A DNA stretch of 64,000 nucleotides from an uncultured Alphaproteobacteria bacterium (GCA_963821555.1 CAWGEM010000017.1:79873-143872); one strand, 5' to 3'; counted from the stretch's first letter, positions 23,385 to 32,747 are shown. The notes: generated by a model from the sequence alone, not told the origin. Numbers and translations are program-made.

Positions 23385-23961
23385 CTACGTCTGCTGGAAT
23401 TCGATGCGCTTGTCGGGCCGCTCCAGGTCGACGTGCAGCGCTTCGCACAGCCGGTTCGAGTAGTTCCACATCCCGCAGAACACCGTCAGCTCGACGATCT
23501 GCTTCTCGCTGAAGTGCCGCTTCATCGCGGCGAACGCCGTCATCGTCGTCGCGCGCCGTCATGCGGGTGACCGCCTCGGCCCAGCGCACGGCAGCCTTCT
23601 GGCGCTCGTCGAGGTCGGGCGAGGCCATGTAGTCGTCGCCCTGCGCTGCCGCGATCTGCGCGTCGGTCAGCCCGATCTTCCGGCCGAGCGGCACGTTGTG
23701 CGACATGCAATAGGCGCTGCCGTTGAGCGCCGATGTCTTGATGATCACGAGCTGCTGGATCTTCACGTAGTCCGGATCGGTTTTCACGTTGTTCAGCCGG
23801 ATGCTTTCGTTCGGCAGCATCCAGCCGGCGAGCGCGGCCGGCTGATGGGCGAGCACCTGCGAGAAATTGCTGATCCGCCCCCATTGCTTGAGCACGCCGT
23901 CGTAGACCTTGCGGACGTCGTCGTCCGTCGTCTCGGGCGGGATCATTTTGACGCGAGACAT
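23385..23961 (-). CDS. Carboxymuconolactone decarboxylase/AhpD-like protein, frameshift near 23540
   Basis: SALNGSAYCMSH; C-terminus FSEKQIVELTVFCGMWNYSNRL in a shifted frame. Confidence 0.78.
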
Positions 23962-23996
23962 CGGCGCTTCCCTTAAGGCTCTTGCCGGCGGACAGG

Positions 23997-24146
23997 CTAT
24001 CGCTTCTCGATCGACAGCCCGCCCGGGCCGACATTGATCTGAACACCGGCTGGTTCTTTCTTTGCTTCATAGAGCGAATAGCCGAGAACGACTACCGCCA
24101 CGATCAGCACGCCGATGATCAGGTAAAGCAGATTGTCGCGCGTCAT
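23997..24146 (-). CDS. 49-aa single-TM small protein (absent from ORF track)
   Basis: MTRDNLLYLIIGVLIVAVVVLGYSLYEAKKEPAGVQINVGPGGLSIEKR; purine-rich RBS upstream. Confidence 0.7.
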   Translation of the reverse strand: MTRDNLLYLIIGVLIVAVVVLGYSLYEAKKEPAGVQINVGPGGLSIEKR

Positions 24147-24155
24147 GGATCGCCC

Positions 24156-24956
24156 CTATTCCACTCCGCTGGCGAGAAAAAACAAGCGCGCCGGCGGTGT
24201 CGCGAGGAACGCAAGCAGCGCGCGCGACGCTTCGGCGCTTGCGCCCGCAAGCATTGCTGCGGAGTAAGGCAGCACGATCTGGATCTCGTCGGGGATCGGC
24301 CCGCCCCATGCGACGCCGCGGCCTCGCCAGGCCAGGATTTCGGTGGCGGGGCCGAAGCCAAGCGCGCCGGGACCGGCGTTTTCGGCGAGGTGCCGATTGA
24401 GCAGCGTCGCGGTGTCGAAACGCTTGAGCTTGGGCGCGACGGTGGCGGTGAGGCCGAAGCGCTCAATCACCTGCAGCAGATGATCGCCGGTTGGCGCGAG
24501 CGTCAACAGCACGGCATCGGCGGAGGTGAGCGCCTGCCGCAGTGCCGGCATGGTCGAGACATCGGGCCTAGGCGCATCGGCGCGCACCGCCGCGCCGATC
24601 CGGACCGCCCCGATCGGCACCAGCGTCGATTTGTCGGCGCGGCCTACGGCCACGATTTCGCTCGCCCATTCGGTCGGCACCACGATCACATCGGCGTTCG
24701 CCTCGCCGGCAAGCGCGTGCTTGCGGATGTTGTGGCCGTGGTCGGTCCGCACATCGACGGCGATTCCGGTCTCGCGTGCAAACTGTTCCGCTGCGGGTCG
24801 CAGGCCGTGCAGCGCGGAGCCTGCCGCCAGCACCCTTAAGGGGTTTGGCGCTGAGGCCGGTTGTGCGGTTGCGACCCCGGCAAGTGCGTTCAGGGCACCG
24901 GCGGCCGCAGCGCAGGCGAGCCAGTTGCGCCGCGAGCAGGCAAACGCTGAAAGCAA
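24156..24956 (-). CDS. ModA-like (SBP_bac_11) substrate-binding protein with Tat-like signal
   Basis: SRRNWL, PDVST...LRQAL, GPIPDEIQIVLPYSA. Confidence 0.75.
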   Translation of the reverse strand: MLSAFACSRRNWLACAAAAGALNALAGVATAQPASAPNPLRVLAAGSALHGLRPAAEQFARETGIAVDVRTDHGHNIRKHALAGEANADVIVVPTEWASEIVAVGRADKSTLVPIGAVRIGAAVRADAPRPDVSTMPALRQALTSADAVLLTLAPTGDHLLQVIERFGLTATVAPKLKRFDTATLLNRHLAENAGPGALGFGPATEILAWRGRGVAWGGPIPDEIQIVLPYSAAMLAGASAEASRALLAFLATPPARLFFLASGVE

Positions 24957-25208
24957 GGCGCGCAGTCGAGCCTCCCGAACGGCCGATCGATGGCGCGACT
25001 GTACTATGGCTCCGCCTGCGATGTCAGCGGCGGCTCCCGATGTCTGCTTCGCGATGACAAGCGCGTGATCGAAGCCGCTTCGCTCGCTGGATCGGCGTCT
25101 CGGGCATTGCGTGGAATGGGGTCACATTGGAGACTTTCGGCCGGCGCAGACAAGCGCTGCCGCCTGCCAGCATGGCCAGCCGGCCAAATCAGAGGGAGGG
25201 TGACCAGG

Positions 25209-26111
25209 ATGTCTCGGATGCTTATTGCAAGTTTGGCGGTTACGATGGCGACGGCCTTGGCCGTGCCGGCGAATGCGCAGGCGCCGGCCCAGCCGCAGCC
25301 CGCACCACCGCCCTTCGCCACCACCAAGGTAGAGGGGACCGACAACGTCTACATTTTCCGGTTCGGCGGCCATCAGGCGATGTTCATCGTCACGAAGGAC
25401 GGCGTCATCGCCACCGATCCGATCGGCCTGCGCCGGCCCGCAGCCAAGGCCTACATCGAGGAAATCCAGAAGATCACCAAGGCTCCGATCAAATATGTGA
25501 TCTATAGCCACAGCCACTACGACCACATCGCGGGCGGCAAGCCGTTCAAAGACCTGGGCGCAACCTTCATCGCGCACAAGAACGCCAAGGCCCGCATCGC
25601 ACAGCTCAAGCCGGACGATGTCGTCGTTCCCGACCAGGTCGTGGACAACAAGCGGGTTCTGCAGCTCGGCGGTACTACGCTCGAACTCCTCTACCTCGGC
25701 CGCAATCACTCCGACTCCTCGCTGGTGATGCGGCTGCCGAAAGAGAAGATCGTCTTCGCCGTCGACTGGCCCCGTCTCCAGGGTGTCCAGTTTCGCGGCA
25801 TGGCGGACACCTATCTGCCCGACCTGGAAGACAGCCTGAAGAAGCTGATCGCGCTGGATTGGACCACGCTGATCGAAGGACATCCTGGCGCGGGCGGCCG
25901 GCAGACCGGCACCAAGGAGGATGTCAAAAAGCAGCTCGAATACCTGCAGGATCTTTCTGCAGCAGTGAAGAAGGCCGTGGACGAAGGCAAGAGCTACGCC
26001 GACGCCCAGAAGGAGATCAAGCTGCCGAAGTACGAGAGCTGGCCCGGCTACGGCCCATTCCTGCCGATGAATGTCGAGCGCTACTACGACTTCCATAATC
26101 GCGGCATCTGA
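25209..26111 (+). CDS. Secreted MBL-fold metallo-hydrolase
   Basis: Signal peptide, SHSHYDHIAGG, NHSD, GH. Confidence 0.88.
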   Translation: MSRMLIASLAVTMATALAVPANAQAPAQPQPAPPPFATTKVEGTDNVYIFRFGGHQAMFIVTKDGVIATDPIGLRRPAAKAYIEEIQKITKAPIKYVIYSHSHYDHIAGGKPFKDLGATFIAHKNAKARIAQLKPDDVVVPDQVVDNKRVLQLGGTTLELLYLGRNHSDSSLVMRLPKEKIVFAVDWPRLQGVQFRGMADTYLPDLEDSLKKLIALDWTTLIEGHPGAGGRQTGTKEDVKKQLEYLQDLSAAVKKAVDEGKSYADAQKEIKLPKYESWPGYGPFLPMNVERYYDFHNRGI

Positions 26112-26122
26112 CGCAAAGCGCT

Positions 26123-26154
26123 CCGGTCGGCCGGATTGCAGTCCGGCCGACCGG
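26123..26154. terminator. GC-rich hairpin between convergent genes
   Basis: CCGGTCGGCCGGA-ttgcag-TCCGGCCGACCGG, perfect 13-bp stem. Confidence 0.55.
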
Positions 26155-26208
26155 CCCCACCCGCCTGAGTACTCGTTGCGCGCCCACGCTCGCGCGAGCG
26201 ACGTTGGG

Positions 26209-26364
26209 CTATTTTTCCTTCGAGGCTTCGGCTTTGGACTTGCGCTTCATGTCCATGGTGTGGGCGCGCTTGTAGGTCTGGATGTCCTTAAAGCGCCCCT
26301 TTTTGTCACGCACGGCGTAGAGCTTGGTGCCCTTCGAACTGCGCATCGTCGTCCGCTTAGCCAT
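26209..26364 (-). CDS. 51-aa highly basic small protein
   Basis: MAKRTTMRSSKGTKLYAVRDKKGRFKDIQTYKRAHTMDMKRKSKAEASKEK; strong RBS AGGAGG. Confidence 0.7.
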   Translation of the reverse strand: MAKRTTMRSSKGTKLYAVRDKKGRFKDIQTYKRAHTMDMKRKSKAEASKEK

Positions 26365-26390
26365 GGTTGCCTCCTGGTTGGGCCCGCAAT

Positions 26391-27360
26391 TCAATTCGCC
26401 TTGATACCCGCCTGCTGGATGATTCGCTCGTAGTCCGCGACGATATCGCGCAGGAAATCGCCGAAGGCTGCGCCGCAGGAATTGACCGGAAACAGGCCGA
26501 GCTGGGCGAGTTTCGGCTGCACTTCGGGCGTCTTCATCGCGGCCAGGAACATGTCGGTCAGCTGCTTGACCGCAGCGCCGGAGTCTTGGCGGGGGTGACA
26601 ATGCCGTAGAAAATCTCGGCCTCGTATTTGGTGATGCCGGTCTCGTTCAGGGTCGGCACGTCGGCCAGTTCAGGCGATTCGCTTGGGCGAGGTGGTGACG
26701 AGCGCCCGCAGCGTCCCGGCCTTGAGTTGCGACATCACCGTCGGATAGTCGGCCCAGACCGCCTGCACATGTCCGCCGATCAGCGCGTTGATCGCGGGCG
26801 CCGTGCCGCCGTACGGCACGTAGTTGATGTCGATCTTGGTGGCGAGGCGGAGCACCTCGATGGCGACGTGCAGCGAGGTCGCGGGTCCGCCGCTCGCGAA
26901 CGTGACCTTGCCAGGATTGGCCTTGGCGTAGTCGACGAGCTCCTGCACCGTCTTCCAGGGCGAGGAGCTCTGCACCACGAGCGGCATCGGGGGTGGATGC
27001 GAGGTAGCAGATCGGCTCGAAGTTCGCGAGCGTGGTGTTGCCGCGCTTCATTGCGGCGTTGACCACATAGGCATTCGCCACCAGCAGCACGGTGTTGCCG
27101 TCGGGTTCGGCGCGGGCGGCTGCTTCGGTGCCGATGGTCATGCCGCCGCCCGGCCGGTTTTCGACGACTACGGTCGGGCCGCCGACGCGCGGGATCTGCT
27201 CGGCCATGAGACGCGACAGGATGTCGGGTCCGCTGCCTGGGGTGTAGGGCACGATGATCTTCAGCGTTTTGGCCTGAGACCAGGCTGCCGGGATCGAAGG
27301 CGCCGCCAATGCGATTGCGACACCGGCCGCTCCGAGGAACTTCAGCATTCTCATGGGCAT
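26391..27360 (-). CDS. Bug/TctC tripartite tricarboxylate transporter substrate-binding protein, two frameshifts
   Basis: IIVPYTPGSGPD, VVENRPGG, VPYGGTAPA; pieces in three frames. Confidence 0.85.
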
Positions 27361-27588
27361 CCCCCGACGGTTTTCACAGGTCTTCGCAGCGTGATTTGTT
27401 TTCATGCGTCCCGCAAGGGTGGCAGATGCCGCGGCAGGCCGCGCGCCAAGCCGCTTGCTCTCGGGCCGGGACGGACGTGCCGATCCGCACAGGGCCGGCG
27501 CGTCGCATGGCAAGACCGCGCAATGCCATGTATCCTGCGGATCGAATCCGTTTGCCACGATGCATGGGGGCTACCAACAGCATCGTCA

Positions 27589-27614
27589 GAAACAATTTCA
27601 GTTCCGAGTGCGTT
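27589..27614 (+). promoter_or_regulatory. Possible EcfG (general stress response sigma) promoter
   Basis: GAAAC-N17-CGTT upstream of the 27678 ORF, against consensus GGAAC-N16/17-CGTT. Confidence 0.35.
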
Positions 27615-27677
27615 GGAAGGACAACGGGAGGCGTGCCCGCAAGCGGGTGACCTCATCGCGACAAGGAGGGTCGCACC

Positions 27678-27926
27678 ATGATTTCGAAATCTTGCATCGG
27701 CCTTGGCCTCGTGGCCTGGCTGCTGGCCGCGGCCACAGCCGTGGCGCAGGAGCAGCGCGCACCGACCGAGGGGGCGAAGCCCGGCGTGCCGGAAGCCCCG
27801 GTCGGCCATCGTCAGCCGCGCGCCACCGACGTGCCGGCCAGCGTCCAGAAAACGGAGGCCGAACTGCGGCAGGAAAAACAGGCTCGCGAACTCGACCGCA
27901 AGCTGCGGATCTGCCGCAACTGCTGA
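27678..27926 (+). CDS. Small secreted protein with C-terminal ICRNC
   Basis: Signal peptide, APVGHRQPRA, LDRKLRICRNC; RBS AGGAGG. Confidence 0.75.
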   Translation: MISKSCIGLGLVAWLLAAATAVAQEQRAPTEGAKPGVPEAPVGHRQPRATDVPASVQKTEAELRQEKQARELDRKLRICRNC

Positions 27927-27949
27927 AGGCGGCCCGGTTCACGCCGCGG

Positions 27950-28115
27950 CTAGTGCCGCCGATTTGAAGTTCCTGCACCACTTGCCGCGATCACATTCAG
28001 GAACTTCAAATCGTAAGCGGCACTAGTTTCATAGACTTGCTAGTGCCCCTTTGCTTCCGAAGTTCGTGTCAGAGAATGCTGCGATTTACTACGAACTTCG
28101 GAAGCGGGGCACTAC
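27950..28115. repeat. CTAG-bounded double-hairpin element, copy B
   Basis: Hairpins 27950-28026 and 28040-28115; near-identical to the reverse complement of copy C. Confidence 0.88.
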
Positions 28116-28717
28116 GCGCTGGCGGTGCGCCCGACAAACACGTGCGTCTCGAGAAAGCCGTTCGCGGCCGATCCTTCCGCCACGAGCGCGTGAACGATGT
28201 CCGGCCTGCCGGCACCCGCAAGCAGGTGCCTGACCTCGTTGGCGGCGAAGTAGTCGAAAACCGGCATCGCAATATCGGGATGCAGCCGCGCGTTGACCTC
28301 GCTGTCGAAGCGCTTGGCGCGCCCGATGTCGGTACGAGTACCGGCGATTTCTTCGACGATCACGACCGCGTCGCTGACGCGGGCGGCTTCGGCGATCAGC
28401 CTGCGCACCTCGGCACGATCCGGGATGTGGTGCAGCACGTATTGCAGATAGCTCGAACCGAAGGTGCGCGTGCCGAATGGCAGCGCCGCACCCGCAAGCA
28501 GGCGGAACGGCAACGCGCGAGCCCGCTCGTGCCGGATGTCGATCACGTCACAGAGCGTCGGCAGAGTTCCGAGCCGTTCGGCATGGATGACGCTCGTGAT
28601 CCCGCTGCCGCAGCCGATGTCGAGATTGCTCCGTCCGATGTGGCGCGCGGTGTGCGGCAGCAGCATGTCCTGATGGCAGTAGAATTCGTCGAGGCTCGGA
28701 TCGGGCGATGGCGTCAT
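28112..28717 (-). CDS. Class I SAM-dependent methyltransferase
   Basis: LDIGCGSG, LPF, YVLHHI; stop codon lies in the end of repeat copy B. Confidence 0.8.
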   Translation of the reverse strand: MTPSPDPSLDEFYCHQDMLLPHTARHIGRSNLDIGCGSGITSVIHAERLGTLPTLCDVIDIRHERARALPFRLLAGAALPFGTRTFGSSYLQYVLHHIPDRAEVRRLIAEAARVSDAVVIVEEIAGTRTDIGRAKRFDSEVNARLHPDIAMPVFDYFAANEVRHLLAGAGRPDIVHALVAEGSAANGFLETHVFVGRTASA

Positions 28718-28805
28718 ATCTGACCTTGCGCCACGCCACTTTGGCGGGTACGGCCGGCGTGATACATTGGGCCGCATTGATGACCACGGCATCGTGGGCG
28801 CAGTC

Positions 28806-29111
28806 ATGACCAAGACACTCGTCACCCCGCGCACCAAGGTGCGCACGAAGACACAGCGGCCGCCGCTCTACAAGGTCATTCTGCTCAACGACGACTACAC
28901 GCCGCGCGAGTTCGTCGTGCAGGTCCTGAAGGCTGTGTTCCGCATGAACGAGAGCCAGGCCTACCGGGTCATGATGACGGCGCACATGCGCGGCGCCTGC
29001 GTGATCGCGGTCTATACCCGCGACGTGGCCGAGACCAAGGCCAAGGAAGCGACCGAACTCGGCAAGAGCAAGGGCTATCCGCTGTTCTTCACCACCGAGC
29101 CGGAGCAATAG
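28806..29111 (+). CDS. clpS: ATP-dependent Clp protease adaptor ClpS (ClpS2-like)
   Basis: PPLYKVILLNDDYTPREFVV, MMTAH, DVAETK, YPL. Confidence 0.93.
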   Translation: MTKTLVTPRTKVRTKTQRPPLYKVILLNDDYTPREFVVQVLKAVFRMNESQAYRVMMTAHMRGACVIAVYTRDVAETKAKEATELGKSKGYPLFFTTEPEQ

Positions 29112-29125
29112 CCGCGGAGATCGCC

Positions 29126-29677
29126 ATGAGCGAAGCCGATCCGGCTGCGAGCGTTCGCGGCGCCACCTTCGATGCCCACGTCAAGGCCGAGTTCGTCGAC
29201 AAGGACGTCGCCGCCGCGATGGCGACAATGGCGCCGGAGCCGTATCTCACCCATGTGCCGACGCTGACCGGCGGCACCGGGCGCGCCGAGGTTGAGCGCT
29301 TCTACGCCGATCACTTCATCGGTCACTGGCCGGACGACGTGTCTGTGCAGCCCTTGTCGCGGACCGTGGGCCAGGATCGCGTGGTCGACGAACTGATCGT
29401 GAGCTTTACCCACGATCGCGAGCTCCGCCCGTATCTGCCGGGCGTAAAGCCCACCGGGCGCAAGGTGGTGCTGCCGCACGTGGTGGTGATGGGCTTCGAC
29501 TCGGCCGGCCGCATCGCCTACGAGCACATCTACTGGGACCAGGCGTCGCTGTTGGTGCAGGTCGGCTTGCTCGATCCGACGCTGGTGCCGGCGTCCGGTG
29601 CCGAGCAGGCGGCGCGGCTCCTCGACCGGGCGCTGCCTGCGAACGAGATGATCGCCCGGCGCTCGATCGGCCGATAG
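29126..29677 (+). CDS. SnoaL-like ester cyclase / NTF2-fold protein
   Basis: HVPTLTGG, VVDE, FTH, LPGVKPTG, EHIYWDQAS. Confidence 0.85.
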   Translation: MSEADPAASVRGATFDAHVKAEFVDKDVAAAMATMAPEPYLTHVPTLTGGTGRAEVERFYADHFIGHWPDDVSVQPLSRTVGQDRVVDELIVSFTHDRELRPYLPGVKPTGRKVVLPHVVVMGFDSAGRIAYEHIYWDQASLLVQVGLLDPTLVPASGAEQAARLLDRALPANEMIARRSIGR

Positions 29678-29763
29678 TCCGAGCGCGCCGCCTATTTTTT
29701 CGGCGCTGCGGCTTGATGCTACCGGATGCCGTTCGTATCTACCCCGTCGAAAGGGACAGTCGC

Positions 29764-30207
29764 ATGTCGGTGCTGCAGCTTATTCTCAACCTGCTCTGGA
29801 TCGTGTTCGGCGGCGTCTGGATGGCGCTCGGCTGGATCGTTGCCAGCGTCATCATGGCGATCACGATCATCGGCATCCCGTGGGCGCGCGCGGCCTTCAA
29901 TATCGCGATCTACACCTTCCTGCCGTTCGGATCGACGGCGGTGTCGCGCGCCGAATACTACGGCCAGGAGGACGTCGGCACCGGCCTGCTCGGCCTCATC
30001 GGCAATCTGATCTGGCTCGTGCTCGCGGGCTGGTGGCTTGCGCTCGGCCATCTCGTGATCGCGATCGGGCTTGCCATCACCATCATCGGCATCCCGTTCG
30101 CCTGGGCGCATCTGAAGCTTGCCGGACTCGCGCTCTGGCCGATCGGCAAGATGATCGTGCCGATCGACGCCGCGACCGGCCGTCCGGTGCGTCCGCCTGG
30201 CGTCTAG
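29764..30207 (+). CDS. yccF: YccF-domain inner membrane protein
   Basis: Duplicated NLLWIVFGG...ITIIGIPW / NLIWLVLAG...ITIIGIPF; LPFG / LWPIG. Confidence 0.88.
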   Translation: MSVLQLILNLLWIVFGGVWMALGWIVASVIMAITIIGIPWARAAFNIAIYTFLPFGSTAVSRAEYYGQEDVGTGLLGLIGNLIWLVLAGWWLALGHLVIAIGLAITIIGIPFAWAHLKLAGLALWPIGKMIVPIDAATGRPVRPPGV

Positions 30208-30254
30208 GCGCGCCTTTCGCGCCGAGCGGGCAACGACTTGGCCGGCCCCTCGGT

Positions 30255-30332
30255 TCAAAGGTAGCCGTACAGGCAGGCGACATTGACCGCGCAGGCGATC
30301 AAGAGGCCAAGGACCAGGATCCGAGTATCCAC
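30255..30332 (-). CDS. Putative 25-aa hydrophobic small protein
   Basis: GTG start with GGGAG RBS; MDTRILVLGLLIACAVNVACLYGYL. Confidence 0.4.
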   Translation of the reverse strand: MDTRILVLGLLIACAVNVACLYGYL

Positions 30333-30556
30333 AGTGCACTCCCGGAATCGGTCAGAAAAGCATGAACTCAGACCGGCCGAGAGTCCCAAAGTTTGTTTTT
30401 TCGGGCGTTTACCACTCGTTTACCAGCCGGGATTCGATTCTCAGGAGCGCGGGGCCAATGCCGTGCTCTCGTAGCCGCGGCCGCTCTTGCCCGGCCGTCG
30501 GCGCGGATTTCGCAGGGTTCTGACCGCAGCGGCAGCTTCGCTGCGCGTCACGTTGG

Positions 30557-30874
30557 TCAGTGCAAGGTCAGCCAGGATTTCTTCACGCCGACCAGAAGCC
30601 CGAGCACGATCGCGGCCCAGACGTCGGCCAGGAGCTTGTTCTTGTATTGCAGGACCTGCAGCGCGAACGGGTCGGCGGGTTGCTGAAAACTGAGAGCCAG
30701 GTAGAGCGGCAGTGCAAGCGTCCATAGCGCGAGCAGCAGGCTGCGAGTGAACGCCTGCCAGTCTGGCTGACCCGTTGCCTTCAGCGTCGTGCGAGTTGGC
30801 TGCGAGAGCCAAAATCCTCCCGAGAGGAGGATCGACAGAATGCCTGCCGCGATGAAAACGCCCACTGGTGTCAT
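30557..30874 (-). CDS. Hypothetical three-TM membrane protein
   Basis: Hydrophobic 105-aa ORF with GAGGGAG RBS. Confidence 0.5.
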   Translation of the reverse strand: MTPVGVFIAAGILSILLSGGFWLSQPTRTTLKATGQPDWQAFTRSLLLALWTLALPLYLALSFQQPADPFALQVLQYKNKLLADVWAAIVLGLLVGVKKSWLTLH

Positions 30875-31149
30875 GGTCTCCCTCAAGTCTTGAGACTGTC
30901 CGGATCGGACCGACGCTCGTTGCGAGTTGATAATAGCTCTGCTCGGCAGCTTTTTGGTGCGGGGTGCGCTTTGCCGTTGGCGGCCCGCAATCCTGCGCGC
31001 CGCTTGCGCTCTTGGCGATTGCGGTCGTACTCCGCCGGCTCCGACTTACGGAAAAGCCATGATGATAAACCGCCGCTGTCGGCGTCGATCAGAGCCCGTT
31101 CAGTCGCCTCTGCTTAGGGTTTGGCCAGGGGCGCGAATAGGAGAGGGTC

Positions 31150-31449
31150 ATGCGAAGGATTGCTCTGATCTGCGCGGCGGCAGCCGTGATTGTCACCGCG
31201 GGCACATTCGCGCCGTCCGACGCCAAGGCGATGCCGGTGACCACATCGGCAGCGCTCGGCGCAACGGTTGCGGATTCGAGTCTCGCCGAACGGGTCGCCT
31301 ACCACTGCCGCCAGGTGCGGCGCTGCGGCTACTACGGCTGCGGCTGGCGCCGAGCCTGCGCCTGGGCGCCCGGCTACTACAGCTACGGCTACTATCGGCC
31401 GTATCGCGCCTGGCGGCCGTACTACGGCTGGCGCCGCCGCGTCTGGTGA
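31150..31449 (+). CDS. Secreted Arg/Tyr/Trp-rich small protein
   Basis: Signal peptide, CRQVRRCGYYGCGWRRAC, GYYRPYR tail; RBS GGAGAGG. Confidence 0.7.
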   Translation: MRRIALICAAAAVIVTAGTFAPSDAKAMPVTTSAALGATVADSSLAERVAYHCRQVRRCGYYGCGWRRACAWAPGYYSYGYYRPYRAWRPYYGWRRRVW

Positions 31450-31510
31450 GCTGTATGCGGCGCGGGCGGCTCGCCCGGACGGCGCGCAAGCGTCGTCCGG
31501 GCTACGCTTG

Positions 31511-32020
31511 CTAGAAGACCCGCGACGGCAGCCGCGGGTTGACGACCTTGCGGGCGACCTCGGCGCCGCCGACCGGAAGGCCGGTCGGATCGAGCAGGCC
31601 GATCTGCACCAGCACGCTCGCCTGATCCCAGTAGATGTGCTCGTGCGAAACCTTGCCGTCCTTGAAACCCACCACGACCGCCGCCACCATCTCGACGGGT
31701 TTGCCGGTGGGCGCGACCCCGGGCAGCAGCCAGTCGATCGCCGCCGTATGGGTGAAGCTGATGGCCATCTCCTGGACGATCTGGTTGTCGCCGACGGTCG
31801 TTGAAATCTCGGTCATCGTGACATCCGGCGGGAAGAACTTGCCCACCAGGTGGTTGGCGTAGAAGTCGCGGACGCCGGCGCGGCCGACGCCGCCGGCCAT
31901 CGTCGGAACATGGTTGAGATGCGGATCGTCCGACATCGTCGCCATCGTGGTGTCGAGATCGCCGGCAAGCTCGGCGCCGACGTGCTTCTGAAACGTTTCA
32001 AGCATGTCTTGTTTTGACAT
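31511..32020 (-). CDS. SnoaL-like ester cyclase (paralog of 29126..29677)
   Basis: HVPTMAGG, FTH, LPGVAPTG, EHIYWDQAS. Confidence 0.85.
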   Translation of the reverse strand: MSKQDMLETFQKHVGAELAGDLDTTMATMSDDPHLNHVPTMAGGVGRAGVRDFYANHLVGKFFPPDVTMTEISTTVGDNQIVQEMAISFTHTAAIDWLLPGVAPTGKPVEMVAAVVVGFKDGKVSHEHIYWDQASVLVQIGLLDPTGLPVGGAEVARKVVNPRLPSRVF

Positions 32021-32321
32021 TCGCGACTCCGCTCCGAAAATGCGCTGCCCTCGACAGATTTCGAAATGCCCGCAGATATCGGGCCGTCATTTGCGGAACG
32101 CATCGTTCCAGAAGTCGAGGCCGTCCGCGTGATGGCCGATCATACGCCAGCGGCCGCCTTCCCGTCTTATGACATCACCCTTGCCCGTTCCGCGCTCGGC
32201 GTTTCTTGAACGCCTCCGCCTCATCCGGCGCTGGACCGGACATCAGGCGGTGTTTGCTTTGGTTGCGGCTCTATCCGTGCTCGCATACCGTCACGGCCTC
32301 GAAAACCAAGGAGCCGATTCC

Positions 32322-32747
32322 ATGCTGAACTTTCGCGCAGCGCTGCTTTCCGCCGCCGTGGTCGGGTTCGTAACCACGCCCGCTCTGGCGCAGGACGTCC
32401 CCAACCTGGTGGGCACCTGGAAGGGCAGCGCCCTTGCCGTTCACGTCGGAGCCACCCCCTATCGGGCCGCCGAAAGCTCCAACGTGCAGTTTGGCAACGC
32501 CATCGAGTACACCTACACGATCACCGAACAGCACGGTCAGCGTTTCGCCGGCAAGATGTCGGGGGGCAGGTTCTCTGAGACGATCATCGGCGCGCTCGCG
32601 CCGAACAATCGCACCGGCATGATGCTCGACGATGACGGCCAGTATCATCTGACGCTCGTCGACGCCAACACGATAGACGTGTGCTACACGCACCTTTATC
32701 CCACCAGCAAGGTCGTCGCCTGCTTCCAGGCCAAGCGCCAGCCGTAA
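32322..32747 (+). CDS. Secreted hypothetical beta-barrel-like protein
   Basis: Signal peptide, PNLVGTWKG; RBS AAGGAG. Confidence 0.7.
   Translation: MLNFRAALLSAAVVGFVTTPALAQDVPNLVGTWKGSALAVHVGATPYRAAESSNVQFGNAIEYTYTITEQHGQRFAGKMSGGRFSETIIGALAPNNRTGMMLDDDGQYHLTLVDANTIDVCYTHLYPTSKVVACFQAKRQP

Noticed and set aside
18079-27360. Programmed frameshifting or mass pseudogenisation in the frameshifted accessory genes
   Set aside because: Indels also hit conserved genes (M48 protease, aminotransferase), lack slippery motifs and come without in-frame stops, so sequencing error is more likely.
27275-28026. Short ORFs ending ...ADLKFLHHLP.SHSGTSNRKRH (27703..28026 and 57275..57544)
   Set aside because: The shared peptide is simply a translation of the twin-hairpin repeat.
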